Shown one piece after another: positions 1-11,268 of a stretch of DNA of 64,000 nt. A program made the position numbers and the translations under genes. Numbering within the stretch: position 1 is the stretch's first letter; every line of letters begins with the position of its first letter. Source of the DNA: Toensbergia leucococca (Eukaryota); assembly GCA_022813965.1 (NCBI GenBank), contig JALDZS010000051.1, positions 1 through 64,000 on the forward strand. Reading direction: 5' to 3'. The notes under the pieces are model-generated. The model was not told the DNA's origin and did not search any database. It was given only the letters and a program-made list of their open reading frames with translations.

Positions 1-300
1 TATTAGATAGCTTCTCAGAATCTGAAATCTTTTCAGACAGATGAGAAGCTCAAAAAGGGAAATTATAAAAGTCTGAAGATAAATTCAGTGATAAAGTTTG
101 CAGTTGTTTCTCTGTTAAGACAGTGAACAGCTTTATTTTGAGCTGACAGATCTTAGCTTGACATTCTTTTACCTCTGTGATCTTTTTATTAAGCTTAATC
201 TGCGTTTTAAGCATCTGATTTAAAGAGACCTTTATCTCTAAATCTCTAAGGTTAGCACAGTTAAGGTCTATTATCTGCTGCGCAAGATAATCTCATTGCT

Positions 301-464
301 TGTAAGGGTCTCTTATGAGATTCTGAATTCTGAGTGTAATTAGAAGATGTCTAACTATCTAGGTGCAAAGTCACTAGATATACTGTGGTGATGTCAAGTC
401 ACTTAGAGTTGCTGACTCACCTATCCTTATCTAACTACCCTAGCTCTAAGAAAGTATTATAACA
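301..464. mobile_element. Solo LTR (164 bp) with 5-bp target-site duplication
   Basis: Starts TGTAAGG and ends TATAACA (TG...CA termini). Flanked on both sides by TTGCT (296-300 and 465-469). A second copy lies at ~753-899. Confidence 0.8.
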
Positions 465-752
465 TTGCTGTTAAGCTTTAGTCACCTTTTCTGCTATAAG
501 AAAAAGTTTATCTTTTTGTTCACTAAGGTGTTAAAGATAATTCAAGCAGGCTTGCAGCTGCTGATTCAGAAAATCCTATAGTTGTGTAAAAGTAGAGATG
601 TCTTTCAGGTTGAATACTGCTGAATCTTTATCTTTATTGTCTTCAGAAGATAACTCTATGAGTAATGCGTTAGATAAGAAAAGATTAGAGTAAAGTCAGG
701 ATTTAAGCTGTGCTAAACATTTAGAGGGAGACTAACTACTAAAAGCCTCTGA

Positions 753-899
753 AGATTCTAAATTCTGAGTGTAATTAGAAGATAAATAGCTATCTAGATG
801 TAAAGTTACTAGATATATCATGATGATGTTAAGTCACTTAGGGTTGCTGACTTACCTATCCTTATATAACTACTCTAGCCCTAGAAAAGCACTGTAACA
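753..899. mobile_element. Second, left-truncated copy of the same LTR
   Basis: Aligns without gaps to 318-464 (offset 435) and ends TGTAACA. Differences are mostly C/T and G/A transitions. Confidence 0.75.
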
Positions 900-1250
900 C
901 TCTGCTTTAAAAGAATTGTTTATAATTAAGAAGAGGTAAAGAGACAATCATAAAAGAGAGAAAGGATTAAAGAATGTTGAGAAGGTTTGTTGTGATAGAA
1001 GGTAAACATTTGTTGTAGTCATGCTTAAGGTGTTGAACAGTATTAAGATGTTGTTTGTTGTTGTGTTATTGTGTTATTATATTTTATGCATAGGACATGA
1101 CATGTAATGTGTTAAGAGCCTTGATAAAAAAGTGTTTAAGTATAGTTTTGTCACACTTGTATAAAGACAAGGTAAAATGAGAATATCTAAGGTTATCAGA
1201 CTTGTATAAAGACAAGCTGATAGAATATTTAATGTAGACCTTTAGTGTAA

Positions 1251-1452
1251 TGTCATGATTAGGCTTAGAGTCTAGTCATAGAGGTACTATTGAATAGAAC
1301 ACTAAAGATAAAGATCTAAAAGTACAGAAGAGAAACACTGTATAAGTATTTAGCAGGGTGTCACTGAGTAACAACTGTGATATTTAACAACCTTACATGT
1401 CAACTTTTAACTCTTCAGTGTGTAAGCTAGGATGCTAGAGTAAACTGTGACA
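1251..1452. mobile_element. Possible unrelated LTR relic
   Basis: TGTCA...TGACA inverted termini enclose ~200 bp. No TSD and no second copy in the window. Confidence 0.3.
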
Positions 1453-1780
1453 CTTATAGTATTAATAATTATTATTATATCAGTAATAGAAATAATAGTT
1501 ATGTTACTTAGTTAAAGTTTGAAGATGATGTTATTATTGACTTATAAGGGCTGATTATCAATGAAAAAGTTGTTGAGAGAGTCTATGTGATTAGTATGTG
1601 TAGTTAAGAGATAGTTAGATAGTCATATACAGATGTACTGAGCTATCATAACTATGAATGATAAGATGTTAATGAAAAGAAAGAAAATGAGAGAGTAATA
1701 AGAAGAAAAAAAAGACTAGTGTTTCTAATCAGATTAGTATGCTGCAAAGTTAAGTTTACTGCATTAATGAATTATTATGA

Positions 1781-2628
1781 GTAGTATTAAAACTAAGTTT
1801 CAAATATTTTATAAGTAAAAGAAATATTAATATGTGCAAAAATCATACTTTTACTCAAAAACAGCAAGTTAAAACTAATGTTCTTATTTTTATATAATTT
1901 TATAGCACACTTAAAGATTAAAAAAGAACTAACTTTTTATAGTACTAAAACTAACTTTTAAATATTTTATATTTAAATGATATGTTAATATATATAAAAA
2001 TCATACTCTAACTCAAAAATCATAAGTTAAAACTAATATTTTTATTTTCACACATTTTTATAATACACTTGAAGATGAATAAAATAAATTAACTTTTTGT
2101 AGTACTAAAACTGACTTTTAAATATTTTGTATGTTAAAGATATGTGAATATGTGTGAAAATCATACTGAAAATTAAAAATAATGAGTTTAAATTATCAGT
2201 TTTATTTTTACACATTTTCATAATACACTTAAAGATTAATAAAATAAATTAACTTTTTGTAGTACTAAAACTAAGTTTTAAATATTTTGTATGTAAAAGA
2301 TATGTGAATATGCGTAATAATAACACTCTTACTTAAAAATTAAAAGATTGAACTAATATTTTTATTTTCACACATTTTCATAACACACTTAAAGATTGAA
2401 AAATAAATTAACTTTTTGTAGTACTAAAACTAACTTTTAAATATTTTGTATGTAAAAGATATGTGAATATGTGTGAAAATCATACTGAAAATTAAAAATA
2501 ATGAGTGTAAATTATCAGTCGTATTTTTACACATTTTTATAGCATACTTAAAGATTAATAAAATAAATTAACTTTTTGTAGTACTAAAACTAAATTTCAA
2601 ATATTTTGTATGTAAAAGATATGTGAAA
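1781..2628. repeat. Tandem satellite, ~160-bp unit, about 5.3 copies
   Basis: The anchor AGTA(C/T)TAAAACT recurs at 1783, 1941, 2101, 2261, 2420 and 2580. Confidence 0.92.
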
Positions 2629-2841
2629 TGAATGATTTTTCTTAATTGGAAAACGATTGGTATGGGCAATTCTACAGAGCAGAGAAGGGAAAAATTGCCC
2701 CTTATGCATTATCGCCCATGCATCCTCTACACAAGAACCCCAAGGCTATGCAACGCTCCCCCATCAAGTAATCATCCGTGTAGACCCATATCCCCCATTC
2801 ACACTTGCTACAAATACAAAAGAAAAACCCAAAGAAAATAA

Positions 2842-4847
2842 TCACCGCACCGGAATCTCCCACCGATCATCATCCTCGCCCTCTTCATCCAACTCATCGC
2901 TGTCCCATTCATCCTCCTCATCATTCTCCACCATCTGCAAGAACCGCTGCAGTCCCTGTACTGGCGGGCCCCGTTCGATTAGAAACTGAGGCATTGGCCC
3001 CGGCCGCGCAAGACCTTGCTGGACGCGAAGGTTGATCCGGCCTCCTAGTCCGCGCCGATTGGCGGGTACCTGTTGTTGGTTCGCTCGTGCAGGAGGCTGC
3101 CGGCGGTCGTTGGGTCTTAGTCGAGGTGCAGGCGGTGGAGCGAGTGCGGGTGCAGGAGGTTGTCGGCGATCATTGGGTCGAACTCGAGGTGCAGGCGGTG
3201 GTGGAGCAGGTGCGGCTGGTGGAGCTTGCCGGACGTCGTCGGCTTCGTCTTCGGAGTCGATACCCTCCATGCCGACTACTATCGGAGGTTGGGCTCCACC
3301 GACAGCAACACCACCGCCATAGTTGTTGCCAACATCAGCACCATCACCAGCTTCAAGTTCCCATAGGCGCTGATAGCAGGGTGCATTTTTGGTGTTGTAG
3401 TGAAGGTAGGGGTTTGAATCGTCGAGCCAGGTGCTGCATAAGTAGCAGAAATGGGTACCGCACTTGAAGCAGATCATGTGGTTGCATCCCTCGGTTTTCT
3501 GAGCTCGAGCGTCGCAGGTAGGACATGGAGTTGTATGGATTTTCATATATTCTTCAGATGCCTTTTCTTCAGCTGTCAATTCATACTTTTTCCGTGGGAA
3601 GCAGCGTGCGAATTCGCCGTGCCAACCAGACTTGCAGACTTTACAAAACGCGAAAGCACAGTCTTCACAGATGGCGAGACGCTCGCTAGGAGGCGGAAGG
3701 GTGTCTTGATTTGCGTTGGGGTCGTAGCTTTGGGTTTCAGGAGTCTCATCCTCGGAGGCGGATTCATCGGCTTCGGAAGCAATCTCAGTTTTCTTTGAGC
3801 GCGCTGGACCTTGACACCACTGACGAGGGCAATACACAGTGGTTCGGTCTGATTCAAGCATCTTCTTTCTTTTCAACTTGACGTATCTCTGGACAGTTTC
3901 TTGCTCCAAGGGGATCTGTAATAGTTCGCTTGGGTCTAATGTCCTATCTTCTTTCCGCCGACGTTTCTTTCGCTGTTGCTTTCCCGATGTTTGTGAGTCC
4001 TTGCCACAATCTGGTGCCAAGCACTTGACATTCGTGACATCGCCTTCTATAATGCAGGCATTATAGAAATCCTGGAGACAGGTTACGCAGAAGACGTGTG
4101 AGCACAGGAGTAATCGATGGCAGACGGAACCTTTCTTTGGTTCTGCATTAAACCCATTAGCACCTTGTATTCGAATGCCGCAGGACAGAACCTACCCAGA
4201 CAAACCCCACACTCGAAAGTCTCCTGTTCGAATTTTGCTCGTTTTGCCTTTAGTTCAAAATCTAATAGACCGATTTTCAGGTCTTGTGGAACTTCAAGAG
4301 CACCTCCATTTCCCTTGACGAGACTAAAGCCATCTTCTGCCGCCTGTTGTAGATAATCCATATATGAAAAGACTACTTGATCTCTGCCCATTTCGTCCCA
4401 CATCACGACGCCAGCATTCTTAATTTCTCTGAGCTTTGTATCCGGTAGCCATGGTGGATTTGTATGTAGTTGAAAATTAGGGGGATTTTGCCTGGGATAG
4501 CCCTTCGGAAGATTGATCCGGAGGGTTAAAGCAGGGAGGTATGAGAGGTGATGGATATCCAGGACTGGTTTACCGGTGACTACGACGTCTTCCACGTCTT
4601 TTCGGTACCCTGATGAGGCGTGGCTTGACCCATCCGAGGTTGGTGGCGTGGGAAAATTTACCGGTGGTGTTGCCCCTCCTGCGAGCAGGGGAAAGAGGAC
4701 TGCAATAGGTTTTCCAGGTTCAATAGGGAGATCTATAGATGCAGAGTATCGATCTGAGGGATCTATGACGAGTTCAGGATATATGGCTGCGATAGTTGAG
4801 AGCTCGATAGCACGCTCATCCTCGGGGTCTTCAAGGTCATCGACCAT
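2842..4847 (-). CDS. ITT1: RWD + RING-IBR-RING (RBR) E3 ubiquitin ligase, Itt1/RNF14 family
   Basis: N-terminal RWD (ELSTIAAIYP, LPKGYP). RING1 CGVCL|EPKKGSVCH...CSHVFCVTC is split by intron ~4143-4195. IBR YCPRQWC...CEDCAFAFCKVC and RING2 CPTC...KTEGCNHMICFKCGTHFCYLC are present. Confidence 0.9.
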
Positions 4848-5182
4848 TATGAGCTATGGTTGCGGGGGCTCGAAGGCAGTTAAATGCTCCTTACGATGAC
4901 GGCACCGCACACACCAAATGTAACGAGGGAAATTGAAAAGATATGAAAGACGAAAATGCTTTAATAAGAATGCTCTGTTTAGGAAGTATCTTGAATGCAC
5001 CAAATGTGAATAGAAGGTGACAAATATTTTACGGCTGATTATTTACTCAACTTTGCCCCTCCTCCCTCCAACCCCCACCTCATAACTCTCTAACATCGAC
5101 ATCACCATTAAGCCTCAACTTCATATTCATAAATCCTGATCTGGCTCTGTTGAGGCTTGTTCCCCGATTTAGGACCCTGACA

Positions 5183-6484
5183 ATGGCCAGCACCACAGAC
5201 CAGCGCCACATAGTCATTGTCGGTATGATCGGTTTGCCACTGCCACAACCCATCGCCGACTACGATACTGATATTGGGTTCCCTTAATCAGGCGGCGGGA
5301 TTATTGGATGTACGACAGCCTACTTCTTGACTCGTCATCCGTCTTACGATCCATCACGCCACAAAATTACCCTCCTTGAAGCTTCAAAGATCGCAGGCGG
5401 CGCATCCGGCAAAGCTGGGGGACTTCTCGCGCTATGGGCTTACCCAAGTAGCATTGTGCCCTTGAGCTACCGCTTACATGCTGAGCTAGCAAAGGAGCAT
5501 GGAGGAGAGGACAGATGGGGCTATCGCCGAATTCATTGCGGTCAGTTGTCTGCGAAAGGGCGTTTGACCGGATCGACGAAAAGTGGTGTCAATGGGAATA
5601 AGGGCGGCAGTGACTCGGTGTCGCTCCAGAAGCGCGATAACAAAGCCATTGGCAAACTAAGAGCCGCCGGTATTCCCAAAGACCTTGACTGGTTCGCTCC
5701 CGACCAAGTGACCTCCTACTCAGAAATGGGTGACCCATCCACCACAGCCCAAGTACATCCTTACCAGTTCACCACCTCGATGGCTCAGCTCGCCTCGGAG
5801 AAAGGTGTAAGCATCACTCTGGGTGCCGTTACCAGCATCAACAAATCTTCAGACGCAGTCAATTCCGTGACCTATACCACCAAATCCGGCTCCACCCCCC
5901 AAACCATCCCTGCCAGCACCGTTGTTATCTGCGCCGGTCCCTGGACTCAATCTCTTCACCCTCAAGCTCCAATCTCTGCCCTTCGTGCCCATAGCGTAAC
6001 TATCCGCCCCTCGCGTCCAATTTCCGCCTACGCCGTCTTTACCGAAATAGCCTTACCATCTTCCTTCAATCCAAAGAGACCTCAGCCAAAACATGTCTCT
6101 CCAGAAATCTACGCACGTCCCGACAATGAAGCTTACGCCTGTGGAGAAGGAGATACTCTGGTACCTCTACCAAAATTGAGCGAGGACGTAGAAACGGACG
6201 ACGCTAGATGTCAGGACATAATCGATCACGTTGGGTCGATATCGAATGAGATGCGGGATGGGGAAGTCTTGGTACGACAGGCGTGCTATTTGCCCAATGT
6301 CACGGCTGCTGGCGGAGGACCTTTGATTGGGGAGACAGGGGTGCAGGGATTGTTGATGGCTGCGGGGCATACGTGTTGGGGGATACAAAATGGACCTGGC
6401 ACAGGAAAGTTGATGGCCGAGTTCGTATTTGACGGAGAGGCGAGGAGCGCAAAGGTGGGAGCTTTGGATCCGAGAAGAGTTTAA
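5183..6484 (+). CDS. TDA3: FAD-dependent oxidoreductase (DAO family), Tda3-like
   Basis: ATG at 5183. Intron 5223-5291 restores IVIVGGGIIG (Rossmann motif). GGASGKAGGLLA, AQVHPYQFT and GHTCWGIQNGPGTG motifs are present. Confidence 0.85.
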
Positions 6485-7044
6485 TAATTGAGTTAGGGTA
6501 AGAAATGAGAAGATGCTGGGGATTGAAGCCACAGTCACAAATATTGTGTGTACAGCAGATTGGGGCAGAGTGGATCAGTCAGGATGTCCACTGTTAAGAT
6601 CGGGTTTACATGTTGTGACGTTGTTGTGGATTTGGAGAAGGACGTTATGAGGATCTGGACAGCAACATTCAACGCAATGATAGGCTTCGATGTGATACGG
6701 TCTTACAATGCTGATGAAAAGATGGAAATTCTCTTGGTTGAATCGAGGAATCCGTAGATGTCGGCTATTCTAATCTTATCTCATCTGATGCTGGCTGATC
6801 TTATCTGATCTTATCTGATCTGAAGGGAAGGTGCCACTCTCTCTCCTCACCCCGTACCTACTCGATTCATGTATATTCGTACGAATATGTGCTCGTCACG
6901 TACTTGCCTACAACACTTCTTCAAGCTTGCTGAATTCCACGTCTACTCCAGGCTTCCCGAAAATATCTCTTATGTATTCAGTACCACATTCGGTAGTCAT
7001 ATGAGCACTCATGCCGTGAAACAAGCAAGCAACCAGCTGCCAGC

Positions 7045-9570
7045 ATGGCTACCATAGACAGAGGATTCAAGGAGATCAATGTCGTACCGTGTTCTGCACA
7101 GAAAGGTAAACTCAGAGTCAGTAAACCTAAGTGTTAAGGAAGTGCGAGTCTTTTGTGCTAAATTATGAACAGTATCACCCGTCCGTATTCAAGTGTTTGG
7201 CTCTTAATGAACTCGTTACTCATATCAGACAGAATGACTAGAGCTGATGCCCTTGCCTTTGCTCCCATTGCTTGGTATCGCTGCAATCTAGTACGGGTTA
7301 TTCATCGACTTTGAAACCTGCATCCACTGACGAATGGCGAAAGACTGTTCTTTCTCAGCGCTGTAATCTTCTGTTCTTCGCCCACGGTGACAAGATTCAT
7401 GTCGTCAAGCCCGGATTCCCTACTCAAAGCGTTTCTGGCCGGCCTGACTTGATCCTCAACCTTCCCGTTACACGTCCAGGTCTGAAGGGCCATCTTGAAC
7501 CCTCGAAGCCGCATTATGTCAATCATCTTATTGTTGGAGATCTAGGAAATGAGGAAATCATTGTCTGTGCTTGTGATGATGGCGATGTCATTGCATACAG
7601 GACTCGCTCCATATGGAATGCCGTTCAACAGGACAAACTTTCGAAAAGCGATCAAGTGAGGGTGATGTTCATTCAGAATGTGGCGGAGAGTGCCTGGTAA
7701 GCAGGTGCAATTGAGCTATGATAAAAAAAAGGGTCGTGAATTGGAGCATTGGCTAATTTGAATTAATGAATAGGGGTCTCGCCATCCACAAAGAAGCGCG
7801 TCTAATTGCTGTCAGGTAATCAGTGATCAGGTGGTCCCATTCAGGGTACTTCTGATGAGTTCTCCATCGCTATAGTACGAACAACCACCAGATCATAGTC
7901 TTTGCCTTTGCTCTACGACGAGATGCATCACCGCCAGCATCCGACGACGATGATCCTAAGGATTACACGACTGCAGGCGACACAGATTGGGAGGATCCCA
8001 AGATCTACTCGCCGCATCAGCGATCATCGAGTAATTTCAAAATCACTTTGGAAGGTCATCATGATAACATTCCGAGTATCGCCTTCTGCAATACGGAAGA
8101 TGACCCGTTAGGACTTTACCTCGTGAGTACGGATATATTTGGGGTATTGATAGTTTGGTACATTCCGACCAGGCAAATACTAAAGAAGTCGTGTATCCCT
8201 CCTTCTGGGGGGCCTAAATCGTGAGTCGAGTTATTATCAAGTGAACACCGGCTCTGTCAACATTCAAATCTCTAAAACAATTGCTCGAATCAAGAGGGAG
8301 TCTTGTAATCTGCAGCGTCAAAATTGACCGTTTGACTTCAATTGCGCCACTTTACTTCATCTCCACAATCAACTTCTTATGTTCTGTGCATAGTCTTTTT
8401 TCCACCTCTACGGTCAATCTTGATTCATACATCATCTTTGTACAGTCTTACCGAACAGACACTGACAAGAAGAACAGAGGTTGGGGCGTCTTGTGCCTAG
8501 ATCCTCGATCTTTTAGGCTCAGTCAAAGTTCTCGCGAAATCTTTGGGTGCATACCTATTTTGTCCAAGGCTGGTCATGATATTAGTGCAAGCCGTAAGGA
8601 TGTCGAGCAATCAGATTGGCATCCTGGGTTCGGCGCTATTCAAGAAATATTGCCACAGAGCCCGATTGACGAAGATGAGATTTCGGAATCCGAGGGTGAA
8701 GACTCAATCTCTGAAGATGGGAACTCGTCAAACATTGAGAATGAAGACATAAATATAGAGGAAGACGAATCCCTTGAAAATACAGTCGCGAGTGGCCAAG
8801 GTCCCACTATCACCCCGTTGGGTATTCTGTTAAGCCATCTACACGAGGCCACGGCTCCCCCATCTACATGGCCCGCATTATTGCAAACCGAAGATGCTGG
8901 AGCCAACATGAGCCAACCAAGGTCTACCAAGAACACGACAGACAAGGCAGAATTGCAAACCATCAGTGGACTCCCCCCCGAACTAGCAATAGGGTCAAAA
9001 CTCAAAGATGTATCCTCCCGAAGCCTCCCCTTCGACATTCTTCACACCTCCGAAGCAGACATCCGCCTCTTCGACAATACGTATTTCGCCAAGGGCACCA
9101 TCTGCGACCGCCCGCTCCTGCAACACATGCCCCCAAACCTACATTGGCTCCACCGCTTCCACCGTCTGAACATGCTCGCCCAAATCCCCGAACTCGGTAT
9201 CGTCGCTGTAGCCAGCCAGGTCGGCCGCGTCGCGCTCCTGACCCTCACGCGGGACAAGTCCAACAGAGTCACCGTGGGATTCCGCCTCGATCGCATCTTG
9301 CCGCTCCAGGCGCAGGAGGAGGAAGAACTCAGGCCCAGCGCGGCCTTGATGGGTATGGCTGTTGGGCCCATACAGGGGCGTGAGTTCGTGCCTACTACTC
9401 CTGATACGGACGATGGGGGGTTTTTGTCCTCGGGAAGAGGTGAGGTATGGAGGGCTTTCGAGGAGTGTAGGCGCTATCGACTTTTGTTGACGTATCTTGA
9501 TCATACGGTGCTGAGCTATGAGATTGGGCGATCGGGGATTGGGGAGGGGGAGAAGGTGCTGGTCTTTTGA
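7045..9570 (+). CDS. CRT10: CRT10-family WD40-like protein (multi-exon; 5' exons uncertain)
   Basis: Spliced WYRCNL|TVLSQR, VNHLIVGDLGNEEIIVCACDDGDV, ESAW|GLAIHKEARLIAV, HHDNIPSIAF and RLNMLAQIPELGIVAVASQVGRVALL. Introns include 7291-7343 and 8221-8477. The start may be 7045 or 7234. Confidence 0.75.
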
Positions 9571-10489
9571 GATGAGGGGTATGGAGGGCGCTGTGTGGCT
9601 TTCACTTGGTTTAGAAATTATGATGGCCCTTTTTCTCTATTTTTTTAGGCGTGGGAAAGGGGAGGGACTTTTCGGTACGTCACGCTTTCGATTTGAATGG
9701 TTTGCCCGGCATCCTTTCGGGTTCTCAGGGGGTTGGGGGGCCAAGGGGAAAGCAGTTCTTTTCTCTGCGGCGCCAAGCGAGTTGTTTTTTTACTGGGGGT
9801 TACGGCCTAGGATAGGGGGGTTTTGAGAGTTTTAGATGTTTACCACCACCACCCCCTTCTTATTCATTCAAGGAGGGTTTTTTGCCCTTTCTTTGAGACT
9901 GATAATTGGAAGTGAGAGAGAGAACTGAAATAAGTATATTTTGTTGTTGACTTTTTTTTGGGGCGGGGGGGGGGAAGGAAACACTACTTATATTCTGATT
10001 ATTGTGATTCTTCTCACCTTCTCCTCTCACCCTCAGACTACTCATGTTGAGGGAAGCGCTTTTCTGCCCTACCTACCCCCTTTGATGTTTCTTTAGATTT
10101 TGGTGAGGGTAGTTGATGGATTGTGTTCTGTGTTCTGTGTCTGTGAGAAGGGAACAGAAGGGAAGGGAACGAGGTTCTGAATTTTAGGGGGTGAAATTAA
10201 GGTAAGTGTGAGAGATAAGTGAGACTGAATGAGCTGAGTGAGTGAGTGAGGGGTTAGAGTTAGGATTAGGGTGAAGTGAAGGCTGAGCAAACTATCTCAA
10301 GCCTTCAAATCACATATATATCTATTAACTCACTCAGATTTAGAAACGAAGAGACTTAAATCACTCAAAGTAGGTTAGAGATTGTGATTCATGAAAGATT
10401 GTGATTGTTTTGTGAGGTTTTTTTTGCTGTGTGTTTGTGTTTTTTTTTTTTTTTGCTGAGAGGTTTGTTGAGTGATATGATGAGATAGA

Positions 10490-10572
10490 GAAGTTGAGAG
10501 AGTAGAGAGATGTGAGAGAGAGTGAGAGAGGGAGTGAGAGAGGGAGTGAGAGAGGGGGTGAGTGAGTGAGGG
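10490..10572. repeat. Purine-rich micro/minisatellite (GAGTGAGAGAGG)n / (GAGT)n in a low-complexity intergenic region
   Basis: Directly visible tandem 12-mers and GA/GAGT runs. Confidence 0.75.
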
Positions 10573-11268
10573 AGGCGGTGGGTCTGAGGGTTTTTTTGAG
10601 GTTGAGTTGTGATGGCGTTGAGGGTTTGAAGGTTGTGTGATGGTGGGCTCGTGGGCATCCTCGGCCTCACTGATGTGGAATCCTCAGGGGTTGAGGGGGG
10701 GGTGAGTGTCAGAATGAGGGTGTCTGTATATCAAATAGGGGGTGAGCTACCTATCACCTTCCTGATTTTGAATAGGTGAATGAATATATTAATATTATTG
10801 TATCATTTTCTCTCTCTCACATGACCCCTCCCCAGCCTTTTTTTCTTTTTTTGTTGAGAGAGCGTTTAATTTAGATTTAGCAGATTGTGCCATGTTGGTT
10901 TTATTTATTAAAAAAAAATGGGAGGTTTGTTGAGGCTTGTTGTTACTACCAGCTTCTGAGGGTTTGGGGGGTTTTTTGGAGTCGAGGTGATACTTTTAAC
11001 AGAGAGATTTCCCTTACTTACAAGAGTATGAGAGAGTTTAGCGATCTGGAGCGGAGAGATGACACTTGTTGGATGAGTGGTTGATTTTTGTGTGAGCTTC
11101 CCACGGGGGGAGGGGGGTTTGAAGGCATTCTTGTTGCCTTTTTAACGAGAGCATCGCGGGGGGAGTAGTTGTGGCAGTCAGCAGTAGTAGGCGTGATCTG
11201 AGTAATGAAAGTCCTTGGTCACTGTCTTGGAGTATTGCTCAAGCACTTCATTGCCTCCCCTCTCTACT

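Larger units (their letters stand above)
1..2630. mobile_element. AT-rich, RIP-like degraded repeat/transposon region
   Basis: No ORF of 60 aa or more in the track. The DNA is AT-rich, CpG is nearly absent and TpA is abundant. It contains LTR relics and a satellite. The element family cannot be identified. Confidence 0.8.

Noticed and set aside
1781..2628. CRISPR array or protein-coding repeat
   Set aside because: Units are similar along their whole length (no unique spacers), periods are mostly not multiples of 3, and the context is eukaryotic with no cas genes.
7105..7232. [D1,2] stwintron in CRT10 (G|GTAAAC...CAG|TATCA)
   Set aside because: It does not restore the frame from ATG 7045. 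A single 7106-7228 intron, or a 12-nt micro-exon, does.
8296..8330. TPP riboswitch in the long CRT10 intron
   Set aside because: Only a vague TAAT..GCG resemblance, no CTGAGA motif, and the gene is unrelated to thiamine.
10251..10274. Interstitial telomeric repeat (GGGTTA GAGTTA GGATTA GGGTGA)
   Set aside because: Four degenerate units inside G/T-rich low-complexity DNA; likely chance.
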